Assembly: GCF_006345805.1 (NCBI RefSeq)
Contig: NC_043007.1
Location: 63,178,001 to 63,242,000 of the forward strand
Reading direction: 5' to 3'
Length of the DNA stretch: 64,000 nt
Source: Octopus sinensis
Taxonomy: Eukaryota
The notes beneath the pieces were generated by a model. The model made no database searches. It was not told the DNA's origin and saw only the letters and a program-made list of their open reading frames with translations. Shown here piece after piece: positions 63,451-64,000 of this stretch (positions within the stretch are counted from its first letter, which is position 1; every line of letters begins with the position of its first letter). The position numbers and the translations under genes were made by a program.

Positions 63451-64000
63451 CCCACTCAGGATTTGTAGTCTTGCAGGTTGCATGGCAATATTACTTGTGC
63501 TGGTGGCATAAAAAAGACACCCAGTACACGTAAAATATTGACATTAGTAAAGACATCCAGCCATAGACACTATGCCAAAGTCTGGTGATCCTCTGGTATT
63601 CTGATTGAAACTCAGTGTTTCTTTCTTAGAACACAAGTCTCTTTGAGAAGTTGTTCTGAGACAAAATATTACAGCCAGTACCATTCCATGTTAGCATATA
63701 CATTACTAATGTTATACACACTGGTATTGGTATTTTTAAAAACCTAATGCTCTTTCAAGTGTGTTACATGTGTGTATGTAAATCTAAGTGTAGTGTACTT
63801 ATCTACTTCTTGAGTGGTACTTTGGCTGACCCTTGATTTGGTTACTTTGAAAATTTTAAATGTATTCCAACATTTCAGAATGTCTTTCATTGTGCAAAAC
63901 TTCAAGCTTCAGATAGAAAAATCATTAAAAGAAAAGCAGCTGTAGCCTTTGCAGTTAGAAAACTCAAATTCTGAGTGTGGTGCCATGTAATAGAACAGCT

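Overview
AT-rich, repeat-dense eukaryotic genomic DNA, most likely octopus (inferred from recalled octopus-type SINE/RTE families and the very long TA/CA microsatellites; no database check was run). There are two convergent spliced genes. (1) A GT43 glucuronosyltransferase (B3GAT3/GlcAT-I-like) on +, with coding exons 2089-2606, 4289-4375, 7660-7866 and 12652-12753; its N-terminal exon was not found. (2) A complete ataxin-3 (ATXN3) on -, with 7 coding exons from 48828 to 19749 (371 aa): Josephin triad, three UIMs, a VCP-binding motif and no polyQ. ATXN3 intron 1 (17.7 kb) spans a 100-N gap. The rest is mobile DNA: several SINE families, RTE LINE copies, a bipartite non-autonomous RTE, Penelope-like remnants with degenerate hammerhead ribozymes, Helitron Rep/helicase fragments, a non-autonomous Helitron, MITE/foldback elements, a pogo/Tigger fragment and a full-length decayed DD34D mariner. 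Most ORF-track entries are microsatellite or TE noise. Best leads: a tRNA-headed SINE containing a hammerhead-like fold; a genomic Gln (CAA) at the conserved GlcAT-I Arg310 position that A-to-I editing could restore; a perfect 63-bp hairpin and other dsRNA-forming elements in ATXN3 intron 1; and structured tandem units in the RTE 3' UTR. TE boundaries are approximate unless termini are quoted.
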